Assembly (NCBI GenBank): GCA_977020255.1
Contig: CDROCS010000457.1
Span: 434,001 to 498,000 of the forward strand
Origin: Obrimoposthia wandeli
Lineage: Eukaryota
Length of the DNA: 64,000 bases
Reading direction: 5' to 3'
Below, in pieces: positions 13,124-27,770 of this stretch (position 1 is the stretch's first letter; each line of letters starts with the position of its first letter). The notes beneath the pieces were generated by a model, which was not told the origin of the DNA, searched no databases, and saw only the letters and a list, made by a program, of their open reading frames with translations. The position numbers were made by a program, and so were the translations under genes.

Positions 13124-15273
13124 CAGTGTTTCTTAAACTTCTTGACACTGTGGAGTACTAATTATTTTAATTTCACGGAACCCTATGAAAATATTTACAT
13201 ATTTAGAAACATTAAAACAACATACAATTCACAAAACTTTATTTAAAATTACATATATTCAAACATTATTTTATTTCATGTAAATCATTTAAAAAACGTA
13301 CATATTAATCAACGAAATACTTCATTGGGAAGAGTGCACGCGCATTGAGGGGTACACATGTTTGATATTTGGTACAAGATTTGTTAATGATAATCCCTAA
13401 TTAGATTTTTTAACCTATTTTGTTATTTTTTTTATTACAGTGACTGTTGAGCACCTGCTCTCTTATAAATGAGTAGATGGAAATTGAAGAATTATTTTAA
13501 TTGCCTTGTCACAAAGTATTGTACTCTCTATTGACTTGTATTCAATATTTAGCACGTTATGAGTTTTCTTTAACTTTTTTCAATGCCACGTCGGATGACA
13601 GATCGGCTAACATATATTATAGATATGCTTTTTTCTGAATTTACGAAATTGAGTAGATCTAAATCCCACAATGCATCTCTTCTTGGGTCTTGGCTTAAAG
13701 GAAAGTATTCCTCGAATTTTACTAATACATCTTTAAATGCTTAACTATATTCAATATCAATTTCTATTTGCACCTTCACTCATTTGGTCTTGAAGGCTGC
13801 TGAACATTTCGAGGTAATTGTTTTCCACTTTTCGAATCCAGAGTTTTTTTCTTCCTTTGTCATTCTATTTTCCTAAAACTATGGAACATAGTTTATGTAT
13901 TTCTTGCATAGATAAGTTCAGCAGTTGAAATGTGCCTGTAAGATAATATAATTTCCAGTCCCACTCTAAGTTTATAAATTCTTTTCCATACACGGCCAGC
14001 AAACTTCTGCGTACAATAATAATGTTTGATGAGGTGATCCAATTTCTTCACACAATGTTTCAAATAGTCTTGAATTAAGAGCGCTTGATTTAATAATTTT
14101 TTAATGTTAATACCTGGTTAAACTCAGTACTAATATTTTTGATTACTAGCATTTCTCAGTATCATGCAATGTAAACTTAAAATTTTCGGAGCCACTTGTT
14201 TTATTTTTGCGTCTACTCTTGAATGTTTACCAGTCATACTAGCTATTTAAAAATAATCCGATATTGTCAAAAAATATCGTGTTCAGTTGTTTAACCGGTC
14301 ATTTCATTAATTTAGCTCTTCTTTAATTTCATTTTCATCCCAATTTACATATTCAATATAAATAAGAAACAAAATTTTACCAAAAATGTATGTTGCCTCG
14401 TCCAATTGAAGGACATATATGTTTGAAGCTTTAATTATTTTATTAGTTGCTGTTGAATATTTTCGCTCATCATGGTTAATGCTTTGCTCAATGGTGTCAA
14501 TAAAATATGTATTTTTCTAATTTATTTGCAAATTTATCTTCTAATATTATTTGATAAGCGTCGATCATGCAAGGCTTATTTAGATTCTCTCCTATAGTGA
14601 GTTTTTTTTGATTTCGCAATGCGAAGTGATATAAAAAAAATGTTTAAAGAGCTAAATCCTTTCCTGTCTTCTGAGACTTCAATTCATTTTCCATTCTCTT
14701 AAAAAATCCATTGGCTTATTCTGAAATCGAGGATAATTACCAAATGTATTGAAGGTTTTGCTTGGGCCATAGTTCTATTAGGCAGAACATCTGAACAAGC
14801 AACACATTGTGGTGAATCCGAGAGCTGTACATGAAGAATCATATTTGCGAATCTTTCTTTTAGACTCCAGTGGAGAAGTTACATAGCTAAACCGTTGAGA
14901 ATGGCTCACACTTAAGTCACTCGTTGATTGGTTATATTTTGAGTAGCTCTAGTTTCACATTTATGATAGTTTAGTTACCGCTAAAACACTTGTTGAATTA
15001 CCCTCAACAGTAGTCTTAGTAACTTTAAAAAAATCTAATTTACATTGCTTATACTGGTTAAAAATTTAAAATAATATATATTAACCTGCTTAATTTTTAA
15101 AAAAATTATAAATATTACTTAAACATCCCATTTAATATTCGAAGAAAAATGAATATTACAGTCTTATATACTATATATTATGTGGTTATATTTTATATTG
15201 AAATTTTATATGAAAATCTTTTTGTCCTTGGGGTGACTGTTTATTTTCGCAGAACCTCGTTTAAGAAACACTA
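13124..15273 (-). mobile_element. hAT (Buster/Charlie-like) DNA transposon, heavily decayed transposase
   Basis: TIRs cagtgtttcttaaac (13124) and gtttaagaaacacta (15259-15273). Minus-strand remnants KRKIRKYDS..PQCVAC, LHCMILR (HCxxH), LYAEVCW (EVRW), LADLSSD and FPSTHL*ESRCS. Only the right flank fits an NNNTANNN TSD. Confidence 0.82.
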
Positions 15274-15804
15274 CTCTAGCAAATAGCCTCCCCTTACTTC
15301 TTAGTGTCAGTCTCACTCAAGAAAACATCCCTTAACTGAAAACTACAAAGACAATTGACTTCAGAATATGACAGACTACAATTCTTTATCAGGTAAATAA
15401 GCAGAATCAGGATAGTAAGCATCATTTGTAAAGGTCGTACATACTGTTAGAGTCTAAAGAAAATTAGTTACCACAGCTGGAAATTGCATGAATGGTTGAA
15501 AGTCATGCATTCTAACATTGAACTGTTGTTGCTCGTAATCTTACCCGATAACCAAACAAATAATTTTGGAATGGGTAATTATTTTATGTGTGTGTTTAAT
15601 ATGTTGTATTTTATCAGAACTGACAAACTAGCCTATCAAATATGGCATCAAATAACTCGAAATTTTTTAAATGGTACATACATTTGATTATCTTTGTTTG
15701 CTTATTGAATGTATTACATAAGAAATTAAGGACTAAGTTGCAGTGTAGATATAGGTACAGTTAAAATAACATTTATTATATACACAGAGACGGAGGAGCC
15801 AGTG

Positions 15805-18800
15805 CTATTCGAACTTCATTCTTTTGGCAGCAGACACGGAGGCCGCACTGACGCCCGTTCCGGACACGCCACTCCGGTCGAGCAACGACATGGATGGTGT
15901 ACTGCTGGAGAAGTAACCAGACCCACCAGCTCCAACCCCACTGGAGCCACTGATAGTGGTGGCACTGCTGCCAATGTCGCTGCGCTTGATGGTGGCTGCA
16001 ATGCCGCCGCTCGAGGAGAACGATAAGCCACCTTTCATCTTGGTGGCGGCCTGAGCGATCATGGCATTGATATCCCGCAGGTCCTTGCTGGGGGAGCTGT
16101 TCACCGTGAATGTGAGGCGCTTAGGTGAGATGGGCACGTGAGCGGCCTTGGCTGGGCTCACGAACACGTTCTTGTTGTTGGCGATCTTGCGTGGTGCAGA
16201 GCTCAGAGCTCCTCCCCCGCCTCCAGCAGACAAGTTGTGCTCGCTGCTACCACCAGGCGCTGCACTCGCGGGTCCGTGACGATTCGGCATCGGTGACAAG
16301 TGCGGCTGCCCCAGGTGCGACTGTCACAATGTGAGAATGAGGGTTTTGAAAAAGAGTTATGATTAAAATATGTAGACAATTGTCTCAAGTCTGAAGGTGA
16401 TTTTCTCAACATATGCACAGACGCATTATGACTATACAACAACAATTCTAGTGTATGCCACTTATTTAACGCTAAAACAGATCAGATTTCCTAATCTAAA
16501 ATATGCGCGTATACTTGGATATAACCATAGGCGTTCAAAAACAAGGTGTTATAACAATTTTGATAAGTAATTATCTAATAGATGAATTCGACTGACAGCG
16601 TATTTAACAATTTTCAATATATTAAAATAAAACATCGATACAAATTCTGTAACACCTAAATGGTAAAAAAAGTTCAAAATTTTGATAAATTGAGCTTCTG
16701 AAGTTGATCTATATGAATAATATTCTCAATTAAAATATGCCGATTTAAAAATCTAGATACAAATAGCAATTTCCTTTCATTCGTTTTTTTCAACAAAACA
16801 AACAATCGAAATAACGGCGTTTACTAGAAAACTGGACAAGTTCCAAATGTGCTATAGCTTTTAAAATTATGTTCAATTTAAAATCCAAATTAAATTGTAC
16901 AATTTAATTATAATATTTATAAACCCATAAAAATTCTATGAATCCTGACTGACAAACGAGGCACCACATCGCACTTGTAAATAATGACGCCCATAAGAAA
17001 TCATCAATTGGCCGAGATGAAGAAACCGGGAAAGTATCGAAAATCCCACCCCATAAAGAGCTTGCCAAAAATTCAAGGATTAACAAAATCCATTGAGTTG
17101 GCTTTAAAATTTATCCAAGTTACATAAATAAAATAATCGGCAAGCCTATCAAAAACTGAATTTGGGCATTAACAAAAAAGAAAACTCAACAAGTCCCTTT
17201 TCAAGGAAACTTTGTCCAACTACAACTAAACCTTTCTCTGACAACGGTATAGGGGCTTATTTATTTAATAAAAGTGGATGAAAATGAGGTTTGATGTAAG
17301 TCATAAGATAATTTCTGTTTCTCGGCATGTCATGAAGCAATGACCAAGGAAATATATTTTGAAAAGATGCATCCTAGAAAGGTTAGTGCCATTTACGAAT
17401 CAACAGCAGTATGGAAATTATTTGTTCAGGCTATATTTAGCATCGAGTTATTATGCAATTCCGAAAATAAAATAGATGTCACAAAGAACAAAATCCCTCT
17501 GTTGTTCCTTACTTAAGGTATATTGAAGAACTGCGGATATATTTAAATTATTGTTGTGGTTAAACTATACTTTTCTAGTTTTGGGGGAGAACCGGTTATT
17601 ATCTGATGTTATACAATATAAACACAATCCGCTGTACATAAGTAAGTTATTTCCAATAAAAGGCTGTAGTAGATCACTTACCGATTTCCCCGAGAGCATG
17701 GAGTAGCTGATAAGGAAGCGCTTGATGTACGAGTGCAGAGCGGGCAGGAATACGGCGTTATAGAAGCGGATGATGTCTTGCCGGACTTCTCGTGTTTCGC
17801 CTGCCCCAGCCAGGGAGGCAGCTGCCTGGGGGTCGCTAGGCACAGAGGAGCCCTCGTTCATCTGTTTCTCCAGTTCCGAGGCCGCCAGCGCAGTCGCCAC
17901 TGCGTCTGAATGGCTGCCGTCCGGGCCCGGGGCGATCAGCACGTCCACTAGGACGTCTCGGTAGATGTGACGCGCAGACTGAGGCTGCATCCGGTACATC
18001 TGCACAGCGGGGGCGGTTTTGATTGGTGAGATATTTTGAAGATTTGTCTTTATAATCACACAGTATTGTAGATTCCGATTATCAAACATTCAACTACACC
18101 ATACTAATACTTAAACTGTCAAATTAATAATAACACTTTCGTGGTGTCGGTTAGCGCAGTTGTCTGAAAGTAGCTAGAGTGCCAGTTTGTTTTCTCCTTT
18201 GGTTAATAAAAACTGTGATTCATTTATTAAAGTTTAAAAACCGCTTATCGACATAACCAGCTGAAATTGTTATTCGTACTCCCTTTTAACCCCTTCGAAC
18301 AGTCAAATAAATTGGTGATCATTTAGAGCTTCTCCTTGGATAAAGTTTATTGTTCTAATTACTGTTTCCATAACATTATCCATCTGCAATTTAATTGACC
18401 CAAAAAGTTACACAATAACCGGAGGTTGTGTTAATTTTCTTTCTCTCGCAGTTATACAATTTTTGGTTAAGTAATTTAAACGCGTCTTTAGGGTTGTTGA
18501 TGTTCTCTTTTCTAGATATACAGCCCACCTATTAAAACATGGGACAATTTAATATAACCTATTAAGGAACGAGAGAGAAATGTCCACACTTTACTGGCAA
18601 CTCCTAAATTTAGCAATCCTCTTGTGTGTATCACCTTCCCCATAGAGTTCAGTCGACATTTGCACAATATCTCTTTTGACAACAAAAAGCTGTGTGCCAA
18701 ATAGATAAACAAGTTACAATAATGTCCAACTGCCTATACTAAAGAGGAGCATTTGTGCGCCAGGCAGCAGTAAATTCCGTTGTTGTTAAAGGTATAGTTT

Positions 18801-21800
18801 GTGTTCGTTAATTTTGAGGGAATGAAGCAACTATTTTCGTCAAATACACCCATACATTTAGTCAGAACCACATTTCCAATACGGCAGCAAATCAGTACCT
18901 GGATGATCTCGTGGAAGCTGATGAGGCGGTTGGAGGCCACCTTTGTGACGGCGTACACGCAGCAGATGATGACTTGGTCAAGGCAGCGATCGCGCAACAA
19001 GTGGGTCTGGTCGATGATAACGTGCTCGAACGTTGTCCAGATCTTGCACATCAGTTCACGGTTAATGTGCAGACGATCGCACAGGTCTCGCAACCGAAGA
19101 CTGCTCAAGAAGTACATCTGGACAAGGAAAAAGTCGAAAAATTAATCTTTAAACTCTTTGATTGTATTTTTACTTTTCTGGAATTTTATTGTACGTATTT
19201 ACCAGTTTTACAGAAATTCATCGCTATTCCTAATGGACTTACATAAAATTTGTTACAATTTTAACTTAAACAAATAAAGATTTATTTAAATATATAAATA
19301 ATATTTTAGCATAATAAATATAGGGAGCACAAATAAGAAAATTTAAAACTATTATAAAAATACGTGATTTATACATTCTTGAACTTTCCTATAAGCGAAA
19401 TTGGAGAAAATAAAGGGGATGTAGTAATAATAGACATTGAAGAAGAATCATAAAACGACAATGTTTCGATAGGTGAAGAGATCAGGTTATAACAAGAAGG
19501 TGATGGAGAAGTGTATAAAGAAGATGAAAGTAAAATATATTTTATCAACAAAAATTTCCCATATAATTATTATTTCCCCAATGAAAATGTTTACCCTAAC
19601 AGTCTGTGAACAAAACACGTGTGATTTTAATTTAAAAAAGTGATATTTTCTGGAAAATTATGATACGTTGTGTAGGGAAAATAATTTAAAATAGATAAAA
19701 TGAAAAAGCAAAGTCGTGATAGTCAATAAAAACGATTTTGAAATAAATGAAGTACTAAATCGTCGACGCCTAGATGTCAATTTCCACTCTTTCGGGAAAC
19801 CGTAAAAAACTGAAACTTTAAGTGCTACCAAAATTTCTTTCTTTCAGATATGAACCTAAAGATGGTGACCCAATGCGTACAGGTTGAAGCTAGAGAACAT
19901 GTGAAAGAAACAGTTGTACCTGGCGGAAGAACAGCGCGAGCGAGTCGTGTCTGATAGAGAAAGGCTTGGTCGTAGCAGCAACAACGGTAGTAGTATTCAG
20001 ATCTGCGGCAGCTGCGACTGCAGATGTTTTGTCATCGTCGGCGTTAGCAGACAGCAAGTGGGCAGCAGCACGAGCTGACTCGTCATCGTCGTGCCGGAAT
20101 GAAGTGACAGATGTGCTGACCGCAGAAGTAACTGCCACTGAGGATGATTGTGTAATCACGTTTGTGTTGATCGTGTTTGTGCTCCCGCTCATGCGCCTTG
20201 AAGTGATCATCGAGGACTTGGACTGCGACCGGTCCCGGTTAGACTCCACAATCAGCTTCTTGTTACCCTGTATTCCGATGTGGGCGGAGTCAGTAACAAT
20301 AACGAGAAATTTACGTGACTTACCACTGCAAAGATCTTACTTTTTAAAACAGGAATTTACTCAAATGAATCCATTTTTTATTTTTGACAACTTATTTAGA
20401 CTAATCGTCTGTAAATAAAATGTTCAGATAGTATTTCATTAGCTCCATCTGTTATCTGTCAGTAGTACCTTGAATGACAGCTCAATGCGCTCTGGTGGAG
20501 TGACCTCGTCGATAGAAGGGGACTTGCCGCTTCGAGCCAGACTGGTCCACAGCACAGAGACGGAGCGCCAGGCGTAACTGTCGACTATGTTCTCTGTTAC
20601 TTGGTTGAAGTACTTCACCAACTCTCGAGGTAAGTCCACACATCGCATGAAGATCTCGGCTATCTGCCATGATCGCAAGACGGTTGACTCGATATTATTA
20701 AGAAGAAAAGTGACACTTACAAACACATATTGCATGGCATAATCCTATTCAGGTTCAACCAAGTGAGTCAAATTCTATACAAAATACTGTTTTGTGGATC
20801 TTTTGTGTTTTCTAACTGAATTTTACAAAGAAATTGCCGGAATGACCAACCTTGTAGAAGTGGAGTGCCTGTAGGTCCATAACCTCGAGGATCCAGGGGA
20901 AATGTTTGGATGAGTCACTAGACACTAGGACAATCTCCATACATATGGCGAATAGAGACGTGTGGAAGTCTTCCTTCTTGAGCAGGGAGCTGATGTCGAT
21001 GGTGCTGAGCTTGATCTCATCAATGTCACTGGAGCGCGAGCGCATCTTATAGCGCAACTCGATCTTGGCCACTTCTGCTTTGAGAATATTTTCCAGTGCC
21101 ATGTAGTAGAGCTTATGTACTGTCTGACAGCGTTGCAAAGACGGATCGAACTGCTTTTTCTGGAAGATGGTGTGCAGATCCATTTTCAAATCAATGTACT
21201 TGTCGTTGTAAGAGCCCAGGAAGGTGTAGCTCATCTTTTCCAGTCGGGTTTGAATCTCTTCGAGAGGGCTTGGGAAACAATGTGTTTGCATCATATCAGT
21301 GAGTTCCTCACTGGCACAGGCTTGCTTCTTGCTCAGGAACGTCTGATCAACATGCCAAGATACACTAAAACCACACTGGTATATCCACAACCGAAATTAG
21401 TGCAGTTCAACTCGATCTTTACTATGTCTTATAGATTAAACTGGATTTTTGTTTAAGATTTCTAACGACGTTTATCGTTTTATGCATCCTTAAATATTGC
21501 ATCAGAATAGAAATGTGAAAATTGTACGGACATAAAGCAATTTAATTCTTAAAAAGTTGTAAGACAAAATTTAGCTTTAAATCGTCAAAGTATGACAGAA
21601 TAATATGTTATGCGGCTGTTCATTGGAACAAATATGATAAATGTAATATTTGTAGTAACTAAATGAATAAAATATCATAAGTGCAATTTTCTATAAAAGA
21701 TAAAACATGGCTAAATTAAAAAATCATAATTTTAAAGTTTGCTAAAACTATATTTCATGTTTGCTGTGATTAGAGCCAGCCTCGCTCCTGTATATAAAAA

Positions 21801-24800
21801 AATGTTTATAGATGAGGTGGAGACTTACGATAAGATAGTTGGAGTTCATGACGCGTGAGTCGTAGTTGTTGAAGTTGATACCGCCATTTAGACGACTGAC
21901 GATACCAGAAGTCCCCACACCGACAGCAGAGCCACCTGGAAACTTTCCCTGCTTAGGCGGGACTGGACGTCGCGTGTCCACGCTCCCGGGAATGTTGCCA
22001 CCGCAGTTTATTACCTCCTGCATGTAGCGCACCGCATTGGGTGTCAGCTCCGAGTTTAGACTCAGTTCGTGCTGACCGCGAGCTATCGACACCGAGCCAA
22101 TCTCATCACCAGCATTTGCATTCAGATATATGCGCTCATCAAAGTCACCCGAGGCCATCATGTACTCGGCGTACAGATTTAGCAGAGCGCGCGAATTGAA
22201 CTCAAAGTTTACACTGTTGAGCACGTTATCGTCTCGACCTTCTCTGCCCTTAATCACTTCTTTTTCCAGCAGCTTCTCGACATAACCGCGGAAGTAGCTG
22301 TCGCGCGTGGACTTGCAGTCAATGTAGTTCATATCGTTGCTTTCACAAACGAACTTCAACACGGACGGAAAGCGGTCATGTGGCTTCCAGGAACGATTGA
22401 AAAAGTCTGCTGGAAGACCTTTGAAGGTAGGATTGAAGATGTATTTGGCTTTGGAGACAATGGCATTGCTGGCCACCCAGTCCAGAGTGCAGAGCAGAAG
22501 CTGGAATGAGAGAATAATGTCACCGCAGATCGCCGGAAAATTGGTTTTGATCTTGATGTATAGAATCCAGATAAACCGAAACAATTCTTCGTCTGTGTAA
22601 TGGATCTTGAACTTCTCTTCTGAAATGAAAAATACAGTTATTTTTCATTGAATTAGGAGAGATTTTCACCTGCAACGTCGTCGTCTAAGTTGTCATATTT
22701 TTGAAATATCATATAGAAGGCATCAATGAACTTGTCGAATATTACAGAAGAGACTGAGAATTGACTTTCGATCCGTTCGATTCTGTCACGAAGTTCTACA
22801 TTAAATTCAATCATATCTGCCCATTTCCGAATTCGGTGGAAGAACTACGAGAAATAAATAGGATAATAGTCGTTTCTAAAGTACTTACTTGAACAAAGCT
22901 CATCTTAGAGGCGGAGAGTAGTCTTGCCAAGGAGACATAAGTATTGTCGAGGCTATTGATGTTGTCTGTCGTGCTTTTCCTGACACACTCATATAAGGCA
23001 CAAACGAGCCACTGAAGCTGATCCCCATCGATGCAAAAGTTGCTTGACACATCTGGATACCAACAAAGAAACAGAATTCAATATCTGATATTTTAAAGTA
23101 AATGCAATTATATTCTATCACTAATACCAGTTTGGGATCATTTTCGACTAGGAACACATTGAAATTTTCAGATTTTAAGAAAGTTAAGGTGAGCGTTGAG
23201 AAACAAATAATTTTTCAAAATTCCTATGTGGTAATTAGGTGACCTATCTGAAAAGGCAATGTTCCACTTGTTGTTAATGACGTGCGTTGTATCTTTCTGG
23301 CTTAAGAGCCAGACAGATATAGTATGTTGAAATAAATGATATATACATGTTTAATGAATTTAAAACATAAACAAGTTTTATTGTAGTCAAAACAATGGTA
23401 TCATAATCGTGATTGTACCACGATATGTAAAGATCAATGCTGATGCTCGTTCAGGTACGTCAGTTGGAGTAGATGCAGTAGCATAGATTGAATATATTGA
23501 ATGGAAAAACACATTTAAGAATATCGCAGCAAAGATAGTCGAAGATGATACTATGATGGATGTCGACGATGTTGTTCAAAGTCTGAGCTCTATACAAGAC
23601 AAGTTATAAACTCTGATTTCACAAGTTGCCACAATATTGATCAATGTGGATAATAGTATTGGTGACTTTAATTCTGATATTATGAAGAGTGGGAAAAGAC
23701 ACAAAAACAAAAATAATTTTAAGGATAGAAAAACATTAATTGACTAGAAATTATTGTAGGCCTGAAGTTTGATAGTGACTATACCTCATTATACTGATAT
23801 TCAAAAGATAATTGACAAAAGAAATGACGAGAAGGCGATGAGTGGTGTTATGAAGGCTACCAAGAAACTCCTACAAAGCTCAGGATTGACTATTGTTTAC
23901 TGCTGCTCAAAAGGAGAATCGGAGACGACGCACTCAATGTGGAGATGCATATAGAGACTTCCAGTTCTGACACGGGAAACTACTGTGGAACAATAACAAA
24001 CTCTATGTTTTCTTTTTGCTGGGGGAGATATGTGTAGGAGTACTTTGGACAAATGTTGTTTACGAAGGTTCAATTTGGAGGGTTATTTTGAGATGTACTG
24101 ATAAGAGGAGTAATAATACATATTTGAAACCATGTATATTTTTATAATGTTTAATTTTAGAACCAGTATATATTTGTGAAATTACAATTATATTAGAGGT
24201 TAAGTCAAATGAATATATTGGAGGTATCCGAGTAAAAATTCATGGTAGGGAAGATATGCCATCAGATAGACAGACTTAGTTTTGAAAGTAGAATATTACA
24301 AGATAATCATATGTTGACTGAGTATGGAATCAAGAGAAGCACTATATATTTGGAATTGCAATTGAAAGGTGAAACAAAGAATTCAGTAAATGAATGTTGT
24401 GAAAGTGTTTATTAAAAACTTAACTCACAAGAAGGCACAATTTAGCGATGCAATTATTTGAAGCACACAATAAAGAAGATATAAAGCTCGAGAGTTGTGA
24501 TGAATATTATTCAAAGGTAAAGTAAGAGATTAACAAACTATTGCAAATGGCTATTAAGTTAGAGCAAGACATAAAAAAGTAGTTACAGACAGATTTAAAC
24601 GATTGGATGATATATTGCGTTCAGTAGACACGAAAGCTATATCTGTAAGATCACAGAATATCTAGAAAAGAACGGGAATACAAAAAAAATGTATATCCAA
24701 CGTCAAAACAGTGAATGATACGATTCCATTGTGCGATCAAGCAAGGATATTGCAAATTTAAGTTGATGTTAGAGAGATAACGTTGGAAATAAATAACTAT

Positions 24801-26191
24801 TTCACATTCACATGTCATATAAAATGTCACAATAAGATGGGAAAACAATTTCTTATCCACTATTTTTGTTCCCTTGGAATTTGTGAGTCCATTTATAATG
24901 CGTGCTAAAGTTCTGATGCAAAATATGGAATGGGATGAAGTTATTAGAAATTCATTGGAGGGAATCACTGAGCCTTGGATTACATAATGTGAGAAGTTGA
25001 TAGAAGTAAAAATACATATATATTTGTGGATACATCATGTGATGCATTTGAGGATGTAGTCTATGTCAGGAGTGTTCACCAAGACGAAATGAATATATTA
25101 TTAATATTAGTGTGCTCTCTTTCTCTGGCTATTTAACATACAGGTAGATGTAGTAAGTTGTAAAAATGTTACATAATTTTTAATGAATGCTTTGTGAATT
25201 TATAAATATGAATTATTATTCTGATTCTTACATTATTTAATTATATAATAAAATGCATTACAACAATTATTAAATTAGTGTCAATGTTCATTTATATTTT
25301 TTGAAAGAAACTAAATTGTGAAAAAGTATTTATTTTATATATATTTTTTAAAGTGCATAAGCATAAAGAGAAAATCCCTTCAAAATTCGATGAATTATCT
25401 AATTGTGTAATGTACTGCATCACAAAAATTTCAATATTCTGACGCGTTTTTAGAAATTATATATTTTCTATTTGAAACGTCAAATATTTTTGTTCCTTTG
25501 ACATAAATGATGGATTAAATAATAAAACGTATACATTGCTGACAAAAAATATTTATTCAACCCTGAAACATATATTTATGCAAAGATAATGTCGATGGTA
25601 TTCCAATGACGTGCATTTCTTCGCTTAATATATTATTTTTATTGATATCTTTAATTGTATTTTGAAAAAAATACAATCATCCAATTTTCTACAAAAAAAA
25701 TTCATTATGAGTGCTTATGAAATAAAACTTTAATTTAAGTAACAAATGTATTGTACGATAAATTATATTTGACAACTTTTATAAGTGAGGCCAAAAAGCT
25801 TATATACAATTCGACCATTCTGAACTAATGTCTTAAACTGTAAGAAATTTTAAAATAGTCATGTATTAAATAGAGATAACTACATGTATTCTTTATGTTT
25901 GTGCTACAGTAACCATGTTTCAAGATAAAATGTATTCTAAAATTTAAAATTTAATCTATTAATAAGGAAAACCTGCAAAATAGAACTTTTAAAGAAAAAA
26001 ATACAGTTTTCCTATTAAAATTATTATTTTTAATAACTTATACAAATTTTTGTAATGAATATCTGACCTTTATATTTATCCCATGCTTCTTCTTTCACAG
26101 TTCCTTCAATACATAAATCAACACAAAGATCCTCAAATCTTTTTCCCAATTGTTCTTCTTGATCTTCGTAATCATCAGACAAATTGGTCAT
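15805..26191 (-). CDS. RBL1: Retinoblastoma-family pocket protein (p107/p130-like), complement(join(15805..16320,17682..17999,18899..19117,19920..20267,20469..20663,20851..21342,21829..22619,22670..22844,22889..23052,26068..26191)), ~1113 aa
   Basis: All junctions are GT-AG and phase-consistent. N-domain [36 protein letters not shown]. Pocket [34 protein letters not shown]. Pocket [50 protein letters not shown]-terminus [19 protein letters not shown]. The symbol is a family-level call; the 21343 acceptor is the least certain junction. Confidence 0.95.
24160..24375 (+). pseudogene. Ubiquitin-like domain remnant in RB intron 1 (antisense)
   Basis: [30 protein letters not shown] /frameshift/ [33 protein letters not shown] aligns by eye with ubiquitin [65 protein letters not shown]. 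Confidence 0.75.
24850..25085 (+). mobile_element. BEL/Pao LTR retrotransposon RT-connection/RNase H remnant
   Basis: [24 protein letters not shown] resembles Pao [34 protein letters not shown] resembles LHVFCDASERAYGAVVYLR. Confidence 0.65.
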
Positions 26192-27399
26192 ATTTATTTT
26201 TTATTAATAATTTTATTATTATAAAAATTCAAAATTCAAAATTAAGTAAGTTATAGGAACTTTTGAACTTAAATATATCATATGATTAAAAACATTCAAT
26301 ACTACGATTCGTATTTGTAAAAAGGTTGACTGCGTTATATAAACACAAGAATACATTAAAATAAATTCATTTTGTGACAATAATCTTCACAATTTTAAAA
26401 CTTTTAAAGGATAATATTTATGTTAGTAATATTAGAAAATATTTAACTTAAATTTTTACATCTACTTTTATGAATAATCATTTAAAATGTCGTCAAAAAA
26501 ATTATTATTAACCAAGTTGAACCCAGTTCATGTAATAGTTTAAATTTGTTTCTAAAATATCTCCACAACAAATTACGTTGAGTAAATTATTATTTTAGGT
26601 CCTGAACTTTTTTAATATTTAATTATTCTGAAAAAAATAAAGTGCAGCCACATTTTTTAATTTAGTATTTAACAATTTAATAAGGGATTTTTTATATTTC
26701 TTATATAATTTTTCGTTCAATTGACCTGATTGTTTTATTTTTAAAATTCCTGTTATAAAAAGTATCTTAAATGTAATAATTGTAATAGTTTAATTTATTG
26801 TATAATTTTATCAAGCTTAAAATCAATTTAAATTTAATAAATTAAAAAAAAAGAGAAAACTTACAAAATTTTAGAGTTATTATTTTTAAATGAAAATATA
26901 TTTAGCAAAACGGTCAGTATTTTAAAATAAAACGTTTATTTAGATAATTTTAGATTCATCATAAAATCAATTCTTAAAACTTTGTTATTTTTAATACGTT
27001 TTAAATAAAAGTTTAATCATGGGTTAGGTTTAACGGTGAAATAAGTTAAAATTATTTAAAATTACAACCAAATTTATAACTTGAAACCAACCTAACTATA
27101 CAAATGATTAAATCTTTAATAATTTTAGTATAAAATTTAAAACCTATATACATAAGAAAAATATTACCTTGGTAGGGCTTGAACTGACAGTATAACATTG
27201 GTAGGTTTGTAACAACCAATGTCCAGATACGCCCATTTGAAATTCAAGACCTTAACAGGGCTAGAATCAATAGCCGAACTGTTGAGAATGATGAAACTTT
27301 ATCAGTTGGAATTAGAGTTCTTAACCACAGATAATAAATTATAACAGTAAAAATTCGTTAATTGATTCTTAATGAATATATGCTCTTCGGCATTTTTAA

Positions 27400-27770
27400 T
27401 ATTTTAATCCCAGACAGTTTTACACGTTATTCAGAAGGCCATGGCCTCGTCAGAGAGACTGCTCCTTATCTCTGACTTTGCAGTAAAGAAACCCACGAGA
27501 CCAGAGATAATAATGTCGATCTGTGATCAAAGCAGATTTTGAAGAGGAGTCAACACATCCCAATTACGACCCGCACAGATGATGCGGAATCTACTAGGTG
27601 GGTTTCTTGGACTGTACATATTCCCACCTGTCTTCTTGTGGCAACCGCATCAGCAACATACTTCCTCATTCTCACTACCATACATTGAGTGACATTGACT
27701 AATGACAGCCGATGCTGCTGGTGTCTCCGTCGCGTAATACCTGTCGTCATAAGCAGCAGCAACAACATTC
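27400..27770 (-). mobile_element. Possible LINE apurinic-endonuclease fragment
   Basis: NVTQC..RKYVADAV..VGICTVQETHL resembles the APE N-terminal N(V/I)xG...DIxxxQETH motif. Nothing else supports it. Confidence 0.3.

Noticed and set aside
15802-21456. Overlapping opposite-strand or alternate-frame ORFs over RB exons (e.g. 17770-17964, 18911-19246, 19966-20418, 20962-21456)
   Set aside because: Shadow ORFs of GC-rich exons with no independent motifs.
21748-21787. Extra RB mini-exon after the strong acceptor ttttttatatacag at 21788
   Set aside because: Splicing there gives ERGWL* (stop). The 21343 acceptor keeps frame and homology.
7566-26191. Functional clustering of PP1 inhibitor-3 with RB (a PP1 substrate ending in KRMKF)
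   Set aside because: Two genes with no evidence of co-regulation or conserved synteny.
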